Origin: Camelus ferus
Lineage: Eukaryota
Length of the DNA: 64,000 nucleotides
Reading direction: 5' to 3'
NCBI RefSeq assembly: GCF_009834535.1
Contig: NC_045697.1
Coordinates: forward strand, 15,378,001 to 15,442,000
Shown: piece after piece, positions 1-10,690 of the stretch
Layout of the letters: the number at the start of each line of letters is the position of its first letter
Position numbering within the stretch: the stretch's first letter is position 1
Translations under genes and position numbers: made by a program
Notes under the pieces: generated by a model
Seen by the model: the letters and a program-made list of their open reading frames with translations, nothing else
What the model was told of the DNA's origin: nothing
Database searches by the model: none

Positions 1-417
1 TGGGTTTTAGTACCAAATACTAGTTCCCTTACCCTACTGTTGCAGCCAAGGTTGAGAGTAACTGAGTCAGAGCTAGAGCACTCTATCTTGTCTAAGCTCA
101 GAACTTGTACCAGAGCCCAGGACAGGGCTCCAGGCAGGAGCACGCCAAGGGTTTCAGCTGTGAGGGAGGCTGTACAGGCTGGAGATGAGAAGTGAACATT
201 CCCATGCCAGGTAGACACTGTCCAGTGTTGAATCTAATGACTCTCGTCCAGGACTCGAGCAGTTCCAACACATCTTTCCTTTCAATAACCAAATGCTTCC
301 TGGCCTCAAGTTCAGAAACCCACCACAGCTGTATCTGGCAGCTGTCATACCAAAAGTAAATGAGCTCTGATGAATGTGGGATGTAGGAAGGTCATATAGC
401 TCAGAAGAATGCAAAAC

Positions 418-502
418 AGAAAAGAAAAGAAAAGATAAGATAAGATAAGATAAGATAAGAAAAGAAAAGAAAAGAAAAGAAAAGAAAAGAAAAGAAAAGA
501 AA
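418..502 (+). repeat. Compound pentanucleotide microsatellite (AGAAA)n(AGATA)n(AGAAA)n
   Basis: Directly visible AGAAA array interrupted by a block of AGATA units. Confidence 0.97.
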
Positions 503-959
503 CCTCTTTAGTTCCTTTTGAGCAGTAATCACATCAGTCCTAAAGTATATATTTTCCCAGAGAAAATTATTGGTCTTTTTCAAACTGGGAACATCTGATA
601 TTCATATAAGGGAACATTTGTCAACTTCAGACTTCTGTACTTTTAAATATAACACAAATACATAAATATTTATATATTTAAATATATAGATGTAGACACA
701 CACATACATGTACAAGTAGGTAATCATTATTCCATTTCACTCCACAGCACAGATTTGAAACCAAAGCTAATCCTAATGATAAGTAAATTGACCCAAAGTG
801 TACGTGGGTGTAATGGACAAACTGTTTGACAGATAAAAGCTGTTATCTTTTCACTGATGTTTTGCCACTGCTATGACTATTCAGACTTAAAGCAAAAAAG
901 AAAAAAAAGCAAATAAGTCACAAAACGCATTTAAAATCATCTTACACATTTTAACTCAA

Positions 960-2455
960 TGATGGACTTTAAACAAGAAACTTTATTCATATAAAAGGAA
1001 GAAACTGTATGATATTATGACTATGGGTAACTTTATACAGTCATTTCAGATATTTTACTGAGAAATATTCATCAGCCATTAAAAGAATCAATAAAGCATC
1101 ACAAGTAGAGAACTACAAAGAGTCAAAACACAAATGAAATACTGAGGTAAACATGTGCATCTAGATGACAATGGGTTAATTACATCATTATTTAAAGAAC
1201 TCTTTAATATGAAGAAGGCTAGTGACTCATAGCAAAACGGGTAAAGAACAAGAGTAACAAACTCACAAGATTGTAATAATTTATTAACAGATAAGACATA
1301 ATAGTAGAAAGTCATAATAAAAATAATGAAAGTCATAATAAAGTATCACTTTTCTCTTACTGACAACGATCAAAAAGTGTCAGCCAGCGCATAGGGAAAA
1401 TAAGCCCTCTGCTACACGGCTAAGGAGGGCATGTAAATTGTTGGGAAACTTGTCAAATTCATCAAAATTAATATGCACATCAAGTTTGACCCGGCAATTC
1501 CACTTCTAGAAATTCACCCTTCATGTATATATACAAACATGCACAAATACATTTAAAATAATATCCTCTCTGGCAGTATTAAAATTAAAATGACCAACCA
1601 AAAATGACCTGAATGTTCAACAATAGTAGACTGATTGCAGCCCACAGTGCAACTAGATACTATGTAGACATCAAGGAAAAAGGTATGCTGAAATGGAATG
1701 CTCTCGAAGTTAAATAAATACTAAAGTGATGTGTGTAATATATTAAAATCTGTATTAAATTTTTATAGTATCAGTGCATAACATTGATACTTATATCCAC
1801 ATCATGTACATCTCATGATTCAGACAGATGTGGTATTCTTGAAAAAAATATATAAATACAATCTAATCTTGAGAAACATCAGATGAACTCAAATTGAAAG
1901 ACATTCTCTAAAATAACTGACTAGTACTCATCAAAACTAATAACAGAAAGACTGAGGAATTGTCCCAGATTGGAGGAGACTAAGGAGACACAACAACTAA
2001 AAGCAACATGGGATCTTGGATTGTGCCCTGATCCCTGAAAAAAATGACATTGGGGGCAGGGGGTCACTGAAATTTAAATATATCATTCATTATTACTACT
2101 ACTATTATTATTCTAATGTTAATTTTTAGTTGTGATAATTGTATCATTTTTCTGCAAGTTGTTAGCATAAGATAAAATTAGTAAAAAATATGCATGAATG
2201 TTCTGCATTATATTTTCAACTTTTCAGTAAATCTAAAATTATTTCAAAATAAAAACTTTAAAAAGACCTCACATGTATTATATATGGTTTTATAAGCAAA
2301 GAATATTTCTGGAGACACAATAAACCACTGACAGTGTGGCCTCTGAAAGTGAACAGGAGATCTGAGGGTTCGAGGGAAAACAGATACCTCCTTTTCATTG
2401 CTTATGTTTTTCTTCTTCCTTTTTTTACCATGAGCATATATCTTTTCAACAAAAT
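960..2455 (+). mobile_element. Ancient L1 (L1ME-like) 3' region, interrupted by an L1MC4-like 3' end at ~1770-2262
   Basis: Degenerate L1 ORF2-end motif TTTGACCCGGCAATTCCACTTCTAGAAAT (~1485-1513). Inner segment GAAAGACTGAGGAATTGTCCCAGATTGGAGGAGACTAAGGAGAC ending AAATCTAAAATTATTTCAAAATAAAAAC resembles L1MC4-class 3' UTRs. Confidence 0.7.
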
Positions 2456-4212
2456 CTGTTAATCAAAACTAAAAAGAAGCAATGATTAAGTATATCAACG
2501 GTACTTTTTAAATTTTCTTAAATTATTAAAAATCAGCTTTAATAATATCCATGCAGTGAAATGTACCTATTCAAATTGAAACTACTGTTATTTTTAGCAA
2601 CTGTTGATTCTAATTCTCCAACTATGGTCATGAAATCAGGCCATGGGAATTCATACCCCAATGAGAAACTGATCCTAGCAGACTTAAGGTTTTCAGTTGT
2701 CTTCTCAATGTAGAATTTAATACAATCCCGTTATAAACATTTGTTGAACAAATACATTAATCTAATAACACTCTGTGCATTTTAAATATTTGCCTACTTT
2801 TAATCATCTGGGTTCAATACAGCCAATCTGTGCATTGAGATGTATAAATTCATATAGCAGAGAAAACCCTACAAAGACAATTTCTGCAATTCAAGAGTTT
2901 AGTAGACGGCACATAACAAAGCAGAGACCTTCAATTCACTGCAAACTCTTCCTGTGCTCCTGACGATGTTAAGGACTAAGCTGAATTAAATGGGAAATGC
3001 TAGTGGTTTTGTCTTTATTAGCATATGTCATGCTTCAGCTTGTTGCAAATGTGGTTAATCTGCATTGCACAGTCTTCTCTTAAAAAATATACGTTATCAT
3101 TACCTTTTCCAGCACCAGAAAGACAGAGATGTTTCATCTAGTGATTTACAGGTTTTTGCCAGTATTGTCCTCCAGCAATTGATTTTCTAAAAGATAAGTT
3201 GTCAAGAGGTGTTTTGTTTTGTGCATAAGACAAAACCTGAGAGTGTTTTCATATTTGGGTCACTTGTTGGCTGGGGCTGAAATATTACTTAATAATAGAG
3301 GAACAAATGAAGACAAGGAGGGAAGGACAATACCAACTCGAGTCGCTCTAGTCAATTATCTATTTTCCCCAGCAATCACTCGGAGAACATGCTTTATCAT
3401 CTTGAGAAATAAAATCTTGCTAGCTCTCTCCATCGCATAAGGACCTCTGAAGGCCTATTATAAGCTTTTGCAATATGGGTGCTAGGAAACCACAGAGCTA
3501 ACAGCATGGATACAATTAAATTTCTTCCCAGTCATGAAGTCATCTGCAAAAATCAATTTTACCTAAAGTGTTGCCCATGCCTTCCTTTCTCTAGGCATTT
3601 TTTTTTATTGTACTGTTTTGGGTATGAAATACATAATAATTTCTTTTATTTTTGTGCATGACATTTATAAAGCAATCAGAAATGGATGCTAAAGTGCTTT
3701 CAAAGCAGAAAAGCTCATTTGACAAATTCCGAAAATGTGTTCTTGCTAAGATGCCCATCCTCAAATGTTAAAAATGGAGTTTGCATTCACTCTAGAAGAT
3801 CACTGAGGCCAAAGGTGTATTTGCACTTGCAGTATGTCATAATCTAGTGACGTGTGGTTTATCAAAAAAATAAGAAGTAATTTCCTATTAACTCTTTGTG
3901 AAGAGTTCTCTTTCTGTATACGTTTTTTCTCCTGTCTGCTGCAAATATTTTAATGAAGTATCAATTTTGAGTTTCTTTTCCCTAGCCGGTTGGGAATAAG
4001 TTGCTATTTTGATGACTTCAGATAGAATGTTTCAGCTGTACACTGTCAATTCCAGGTGAGAAGTAGGTATGGAACAATCTGCCTCTGCTACTCTAAGATC
4101 TTTTGTTTTCCTTTGAGCTTGAAGAAACCTTTTGTTTCTTGAGTCCAGGGCTGTCTAAAACCCCATCCATATTCATGTATTCAAATATCATCTAGATGCT
4201 GATGGCACCCAT

Positions 4213-4571
4213 ATTTATAGTTATACACCAAAGGGTTGCTGTAACAAAGTCCCATGGACTGGGTGGCTTATGAACAACAGAAACTTGTTTCTCACAGTTC
4301 TGCCAGCTGGAAGTCTGAGACCAGAGTACCAGCATGGTTGAGTTTTGGTGAGAGCTTTCTTCTGGATTGCAGATTGCCATCTTGTATTCCCAAATGGCAG
4401 AAAGAGGCTGAGAGAGCTCTCTGAGGACCCTTTTACAAGGGCACTAATCCCACTGATGATGGCTTATGACCTAGTTACCTCCCAAAGACCTCAGCTCCTA
4501 ATAATATCACACTGGGGATTAGGATTTTAACATATGAATTTTGGAGGGATACAAACATTTGGTCCATTACA
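4213..4571 (-). mobile_element. MaLR solo LTR, MLT1A/MLT1A0-like
   Basis: Reverse complement begins TGTAATGGACCAAATGTTTGTATCCCTCCAAAATTCATATGTT, typical of MLT1A-type LTR starts. The other end has GTTGCTGTAACAAAG..CTGGGTGGCTTA. Length ~360 bp. Confidence 0.85.
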
Positions 4572-4699
4572 CATACCTGACTACACTTAATCCTGGGTTC
4601 TGTGGTCCATAAGGGCTATGTCTCCAGGGCCAAACACCATGTCTACTACATAGTTTGTGCAAACATATGTAGAATAAATGAGTTAATCTTCACAACAAG

Positions 4700-5349
4700 T
4701 CTGTGAGTACCTGGAGTTCAGCCAATTATGAGGTTACGGATACAATTTTCCAGGCTGCCAAGTCTGCCCAAGACTTCTGACCCCAACTCTACCCAAACAC
4801 ATGAAACAAACCTCATTTCTGACACCAACTGCAAGTTTAGGAGTTTCCCAAAATCAACCTCAAGTTTGATGACTGCCTAGAAAGCCTCACAGAACTCACT
4901 GAAAGCTATTAGACTCACAGATATGATTTATTACAGAAAAAAGGTTACAAATTAGAACCAGCCAAAGGATGAGATGCACAGGGTGGGATCTAGGAGGGTC
5001 CCCAACGTGAAGCTCCCATTGTCTTCAGGATGCCTCACCCTCCTAACATGCATGCTTGACAATATGCATGGAATACTGCCAATCTGGGGCGATCGCCTGA
5101 GCTTCAGGGTCCAGAATTTTTATTTGGGCATCGTTACATAAGTGTGATTGGTTGATATACCATGTGGTCCAAGGGGTTTATCCTGAGTCACTTTCTTAAC
5201 ATAGACTATCAGGTATGATTCAAGGGGCCCTTCATGAATAGCAAAAACATTCTTGTTACTTGAGAAATTCCAAAGGTTCAGAAGTTGCCTCCCAGAGCCA
5301 GACACAAAAGCCAGACCTCTCCTTGAGCAAGGAAAAACTCTTTACTGTA
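4700..5349 (-). mobile_element. ERVL-class solo LTR, MER77/MER21C-like
   Basis: Motifs TTCTGACACCAACTGCAAGTT, CTCACAGAACTCACTGAAAGCT and CCAGACCTCTCCTTGAGCAAGG..TTTACT. AATAAA on the minus strand (TTTATT ~4927). Confidence 0.75.
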
Positions 5350-5469
5350 AGTGAGCATATTCTGTTTTATAGATGAAGTAAAAACATCATACACGATAGT
5401 TTGGACAACTAGGGTTGGGACACAGGACTCTTTGTTTCTAAGGTCCAACTTCTATCTAAAATAGAAATT

Positions 5470-6427
5470 TTCTCCCTATCTCGGTTGCCAGCTTTGATCT
5501 TGGTTAATGACCCCTCCATTTTCCTAATTCCTCAATGTAGAAACGTGTTATCCTCCACTTCTACCTCTACCTCACAATCCAAATAACCACCAAGTCACAT
5601 CAATTCTATTTGCTTCAGAAATATCTCTCAAATCTGGCTCCTTCTCATCACTTTTTACTGGTAATATGTTAGTTCCAGCTTCATCATTTCTAACTTAAAA
5701 CTATGCCATGTTGCTTTATCTAGCCTTCTGTCTGCATTAGCCTCCCACACTCATTATTTCTACATCAGATTGATGTAGCAAAAAACCAGAGGTATTTTCA
5801 CATCCCTATTCTTCTTTAAAATGTGCATTGGATCCCTGATACTTATTCATAAAATTCAAACGCCTTAGTATGACTTACTTGGGCTGGAACAATCTAAGCC
5901 CAAATTATATTCCAACCTCCTCTCCTAACAGTCTCTTGCATTTGTCCTCCGGTCCTGATCCTACATACTTTAATCATCCCACAAACATAATAACATCTAT
6001 CATGATTCCACGTTTCATCATTAGTCTCTGCAAGAATTGTCCTTGTCTCCCTCTTCACCTGTCATAATTCTTTTAATTAAAACCTAGCTCAAATGTTACC
6101 TGAACAGTGATGCTTTCATTCACTTCTCCAGGCAGAATTATGTGCTCCCTTTCAGAGCTGCCACCATCTACTGTTCCTATTTCAGGAACAGTGCCCCACA
6201 TAGTGTATTTTAATTTATTGATGTGCATGTCTCTTCAATTACACCATATATACATTATGATGGCAGGAACTCTGTCTAGTATATGATTAGAGAACTCCTT
6301 ACACTTAGTAGGAGATCATAATACAGTTTCTGAAGGAATATAAGCCCTTTGGATGAGGCACTGTGTCTTAGTTTTCATTGTATCTGCCATGGCTAAGACA
6401 TCCTAAGTGCTAAATAAATCCTTGTTT
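5470..6427 (+). mobile_element. L2 LINE 3' fragments; the tail resumes at 9518-9550 after the HAL1-like insertion
   Basis: CT-rich L2 3' sequence (CAATCCAAATAACCACCAAGTC..AAATATCTCTCAAATCTG; AGCTCAAATGTTACC), an L2-type terminus TAAGTGCTAAATAAATCCTTGTTT, and a TGAATGA-type tail after 9517. Confidence 0.75.
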
Positions 6428-6455
6428 AAAAATTAAACCTAATGGTGTGTCCGGT

Positions 6456-6466
6456 CAAGATGGCGG
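6456..6466 (+). promoter_or_regulatory. YY1-type motif of the L1 internal promoter
   Basis: CAAGATGGCGG 11 nt inside the element 5' end, the canonical position of the YY1 site in mammalian L1 5' UTRs. Confidence 0.75.
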
Positions 6467-7380
6467 AGTGGTAGGACCATGAGCTCGCCTCTCCTCGCAA
6501 CTACAATGAAACCACAACTGAATGCTAAACAACCATCAAAAAAAAAAAAAGACTGGAACCTAGCAAAAAAGATCTTCTGCAACAGGAAACATAAAGAGGG
6601 AGCCACGGCAGGATGGTGGGAGGGGCTTGCTTGTGATAATAATTGGGCCTCATACCCCTTGGGTGGGCAAACCACAAGCTGAAGATTTGTTAAGTTGAAG
6701 AGGCCCTCCCACAGGAGTGAGAGCTCTCAGCCCCAGGTGGGGCTCCCCAGCTTGGTTCTGGCATTGGGAAGAGAAGGAGACCCCAGGTTTTGAAGGCCAG
6801 GAGGCTTGGCTTTGGGAGCCCCATGGGACTAGGGGAAATGGAGACTCCATTCACTTGGGAAGCTTACACAGAAACTCACGTGCAACAGGCCCAAGGGCAG
6901 AGGCAGTGAGTTCATAGAAATCTGGGCTAGATCTGCCTGCTGGATTTGGAGGGTCTCCTGGGGACGTGGGGGACAGCTGTGGCTCACTCAGGGGACATAA
7001 AAGCTGGTGGCAGACATTCTGGGAGTGTTCATCTACATGAGCTTTCCTGGAGGCTGACATCTTGACTGGATCATTAGTACCAAGACCTAGCCCCACCAAC
7101 AGCCTGTAGGGAAGCCTCAGGCCAAACATAGTGTGTGGGAACACAGCCACAGCCATCATCAGACTTTCTAAGCCACAAAGGCCTCTAGTCACAGCCTTAC
7201 CCACTAGAGGTCCAGGATCAAGCTTCACCCAGCAGTGGGCAGGCATCGGCTCCTCCTGCCAGGAAACCTGCATAAGCCTCTAGTCCAGCCTCACTCACCA
7301 GGGGCAGATACTAGAAATAAGAAAACAATAATCCCAAAGCCTGTGGAAAGAATCCACAAACACATAGAAAGACAGATGAT

Positions 7381-8261
7381 ATGAGGCAGCAAAGGAATAT
7401 CTCCCAGGCCAAGGCATGAGGTAAAATCCCAGGAGAAATAAGTGATGAGGAGATAGGCAATTTATCTGAGAAAGATTTTAAAGTAACGATGGCCAAGATG
7501 TTCAGAGAATTCAAGAGGAGTAAAGATGCACAGAGTGAAGTTTTTAGCAAAGGACTGGAAAATATAAAGAATACTCAAACAGAGCTGAAGAATAAAATCA
7601 CTGAAATGAACAATACATTAGAAGGAACCAAGAATAGACTAAATGAGGCAGAAGAACGGATCAGTGAGCTAGAAGACAGATTAGTGGAAATTACTACTTT
7701 AGAACAGAAAAAAGAAAAAAGAATAAAAAGAAATGAGGATAGTTTAAGAGAACTCTTGGAAAACATGAAACACACTAATATTTGTATTTAGGGGTCCCAG
7801 GAAGAGGAGAGAGAGAGAAAAGATCTGAGAACATTTTTGTAGAGATAATCACTGAAAACTTCCCCAACTTGGCAGTCACTCAAGTCCAGGAAGCACAGAG
7901 AGTACCACACAGAATCAATCCAAAGAGGAACACACCAAGGCACACAGTCATCACATTGACAACAATTAAGGATAAGGAGAAAATATTAAAATTAGCAAGA
8001 GAAAAGCAACAAATAACATACAAGGGAACTCCCATAAGGTTATCAGCTGATTTTTCAGAAGAAACTCTACAGGCCAGAAGGGAGTGGCACGATATATTTA
8101 AAGTGATACAAGGGGGAAACCTACAACCCAGAATATTCTATCCAGCAAGGCTCTCATTCAGACTTGATGGAGAAATCAAAAGCTTCACAGATAAACAAAA
8201 GCTAAAAGATTTCAGCACCACCAAACCAGCTTTACGACAAACGTTAAAGGACCTTCTCTAG
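7381..8261 (+). pseudogene. LINE-1 ORF1p (coiled coil, RRM, CTD), disrupted
   Basis: ATG 7381 is in frame with ORF 7489-7791 (heptad-rich LNEAEERISELEDRLVEI). In-frame TGA at 7417-7419 and a frameshift near 7788, then GVP..ENFPNL..QEAQRVPHRINPKRNTPRH..ITYKGTPIRLSADFSEETLQARREW..YPARLSF, which are canonical ORF1p motifs. Confidence 0.95.
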
Positions 8262-8330
8262 TCATCAAACCATAAAAAAAGAGAACAAAAAGAAAAAAGA
8301 GGAATTGAAAAAAAAAAGAGAGACCTACAT

Positions 8331-8612
8331 AAGATTGCTTTGGCTGTTTGGGGTCTTTTGTGGTTCCTTATAAATTTTGGAATTGTTTGCTCTAGTTCTG
8401 TAAGGAATGTCACAAATATTTGGATGGGGGTTGCGCTGGATCTGTGGATTGCTTTGGGTAGTGTGGTCATTTTGATAGTGTTGATTCTTCCAATCCAAGA
8501 GCACAAGAAATCTTTCCCTTTCTTTGTGTCATTTGTGTCTTCAGAGTATAGGTAACCTCCTCGGTTAAGTTTATTTCTAGGTATTTTGTTATTTTTGCTG
8601 TAATGGAAATGT
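8331..8612 (-). pseudogene. Antisense fragment of L1 ORF2 (region C-terminal to the RT core)
   Basis: Minus-strand translations KYLEINLTEEV and CSWIGRINTIKMTTLPKAIHRSSATPIQIFVTFLTELEQTIPKFIRNHKRPQTAKAIL match ORF2p. Confidence 0.92.
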
Positions 8613-8668
8613 CTCTGCCAGTTATAAAATTCTGGTTTTTGAAGTGGAAAAAAAAAAGTGAATAAAGG

Positions 8669-8870
8669 GCTGCAAATGGCAAAATATCCTTCTTTTTTAT
8701 GGGTGAGTTGTATTCCATATATATATGGAGTATGCATATACATACTCTATCTTCATTGTCTATTCAACTCTTGATGTGCACTTAGGATGCTTCCGTATCT
8801 TGGCAATTATAAATAATGTTGCTGTTAATAGCAAGGTGTATGTATCTTTTTAAATTAATTATTTTGTGGT
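8669..8870 (-). pseudogene. Antisense fragment of the L1 ORF2 C-terminus
   Basis: Minus-strand MEYNSPIKKKDILPFAA matches ORF2p MEYYSAIKKNEILPFAA. Upstream sequence resembles the FTIAKTWKQPKCPS region. Confidence 0.85.
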
Positions 8871-8989
8871 TGCCTTTATTCCTTTGATAACTATGTAAAT
8901 TTAAAAGGCTAAAGCTCTAAAAATTCTTAGAAACAATGAATAGTGCATATATGTAAATTTAAAAATATATGTGTAGCAAAAAAAAAAAA

Positions 8990-9500
8990 AAAAGATCTAT
9001 CAAGCCATGAAAGACATGGAAGAAACTTAAAAGACATATTACTAAATGAAAGAAACCAGCTTGAAAAGACTACAAACCATATGATTCCAACCAAATGACA
9101 TTCTGGAAAAGGCACAGCTACAGAAACAATAAAAAGATCGTGGTTTCCAGGGGTTTGGGGAGAGGGAGGGAGGAATGAATAGATGGAGCACAAGGGATGT
9201 TTAGGGCAATGAAGTTATTCTGTGTGATACTACAGTGGCAGCTACATGTCATTATGCATTTGTCAAAACCCACAGAATGTACAATGTCAAGAGTGAACCT
9301 TAATGTAAACTATGGACTTTGGTTGATAATAATGTGCCCATGTTGGTTCATTGATTGTACCAAATATGCCACACTGATGAGGGATGTTGAAGGTAGAGGA
9401 GTATATATGTGTGGGTGGGGAGGGTATGTGTGAACTCTATGTATTTTCTGCTCAATTCTACTCTGAACCTGAAACTGCTCTAAAAGAATAAAGTCATTAA
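8990..9500 (+). mobile_element. Older L1 3' UTR (L1MC1-like) serving as the 3' end of the HAL1-like element
   Basis: CTATCAAGCCATGAAAGACATGGAAGAAACTTAAA..CATTTGTCAAAACCCACAGAATGTACAA..AGTGAACCTTAATGTAAACTATGGACTTTGG..GAACCTGAAACTGCTCTAAAAGAATAAAGTC. Confidence 0.85.
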
Positions 9501-10012
9501 AAAAATTAAACCTAATGAAGAAATAACAAATGAATGAGTGAGGGAATGAATATTCAGTCTCAGAAAACCATCAAACTTGGCATTGAATCACTCAGGTCAC
9601 TGAGTTTAATAGTCTTAATTCTAGTATTTAGGATAAATGATAAAAGTAGCTATCTTAAAGCAAATGCAGGCTTGTAAAATTAGTGAAACCCCCTGGAGAT
9701 AATTCCATGAGTTTTAGTAAAATCATATTTAATTCATTTCAATGTATAAATATTGATGTGGGCTATATAATATACCCAGAACCTCTTCTCAGGCACTCAG
9801 TAGTTTTCAAAGATAAAATGTACACAGCACCCTCCCTTTAGAACACTCAGAGTACGATGGTGACAGCACAGTTAGAGGCCATATGATGTGCAGTTATACC
9901 ACATGTTCACAACAATGTCAGGACTCAGAGTGGAGTAATCAAATCTATTTTGAAGGTCAAATCTGGTTTTTTGACTAACACACACCTTAGAGAGGATCAA
10001 GAAGACAAAGGT

Positions 10013-10570
10013 AATTCCAACCTAAATGTCCAACAACAGATGATTGGATAAAGAAGCTGCAGCATACTTACACAATGGAATACTATTCAGCCACAAAAAA
10101 TAATAAAATAATGCCATCTGCAGCAACATGGATGGACCTAGAGATTGTCATTCTAAGTGAAGTAAGCCAGAAAGAGAAAGAAAAATACCATATGATATCA
10201 CTTATATATGGAATCTAAAAAAAAAAAGACAAACGAACTTATTTACAAAACAAAAACAGACTCACAGACACAGAAAACAAACTTATGGTTTTGTTTGTGG
10301 GGAAATGGGGTGGGAAGGGATAAATTGGGAGTTTGAGATTTGCAGATACTAAGTAGTATATATAAAATAGATAAACAACAAGTTCATATTGTATAGCACA
10401 GGAGACTATATTCAATATCTTGTAGTAACTTATGGAGAAAAAGAGTATGAAAACGAATATATATATGTTACATATGGCTAAAGCATTATGCTGTACACCA
10501 GAAATTGACACATTGTAAATTGACTATATTTCAATAAAATATATATATACAAAAAAAAAAAAAGAAGAAG
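10013..10570 (+). mobile_element. 5'-truncated young lineage-specific L1 (ORF2 end, 3' UTR, poly-A)
   Basis: CAACCTAAATGTCCAACAACAGATGATTGGATAAAGAAG..GCAGCAACATGGATGGACCTAGAG..AAGTGAAGTAAGCCAG, then AATAAA at ~10533 and an A-tail. Confidence 0.95.
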
Positions 10571-10690
10571 AAGAATACAGAGATGAAGGGAGCATTTTGA
10601 ATGAAGACATTCCCAAATGTGGAGGTGAGGCATGTATGGAAACAAGTAGCCAGCCGGTTCGACAGTTCCATTGGGTATGTAGGTGCAAAG

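Larger units (their letters stand above)
6445..9500 (+). mobile_element. ORF1-only (HAL1/'half-L1'-type) non-LTR retrotransposon with composite 3' UTR, full length
   Basis: Perfect 17-bp direct repeats AAAAATTAAACCTAATG at 6428-6444 and 9501-9517. L1-type 5' end with CAAGATGGCGG, ~0.94-kb 5' UTR, full ORF1 remnant, no sense ORF2, and AATAAA at 9487-9492 followed by a short A-run. Confidence 0.85.

Noticed and set aside
6445..9500. Ordinary 5'-inverted (twin-primed) L1
   Set aside because: Twin priming gives an inverted 5' part and a sense 3' end from the same element. Here the 5' UTR and ORF1 are sense, the inverted pieces are internal and permuted, and the 3' end is from an older L1 class.
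9999..10582. TSD for the young L1 (AAGAAGACAAAG vs AAGAATACAGAG)
   Set aside because: Two mismatches in 12 low-complexity bases: plausible but not supportable.
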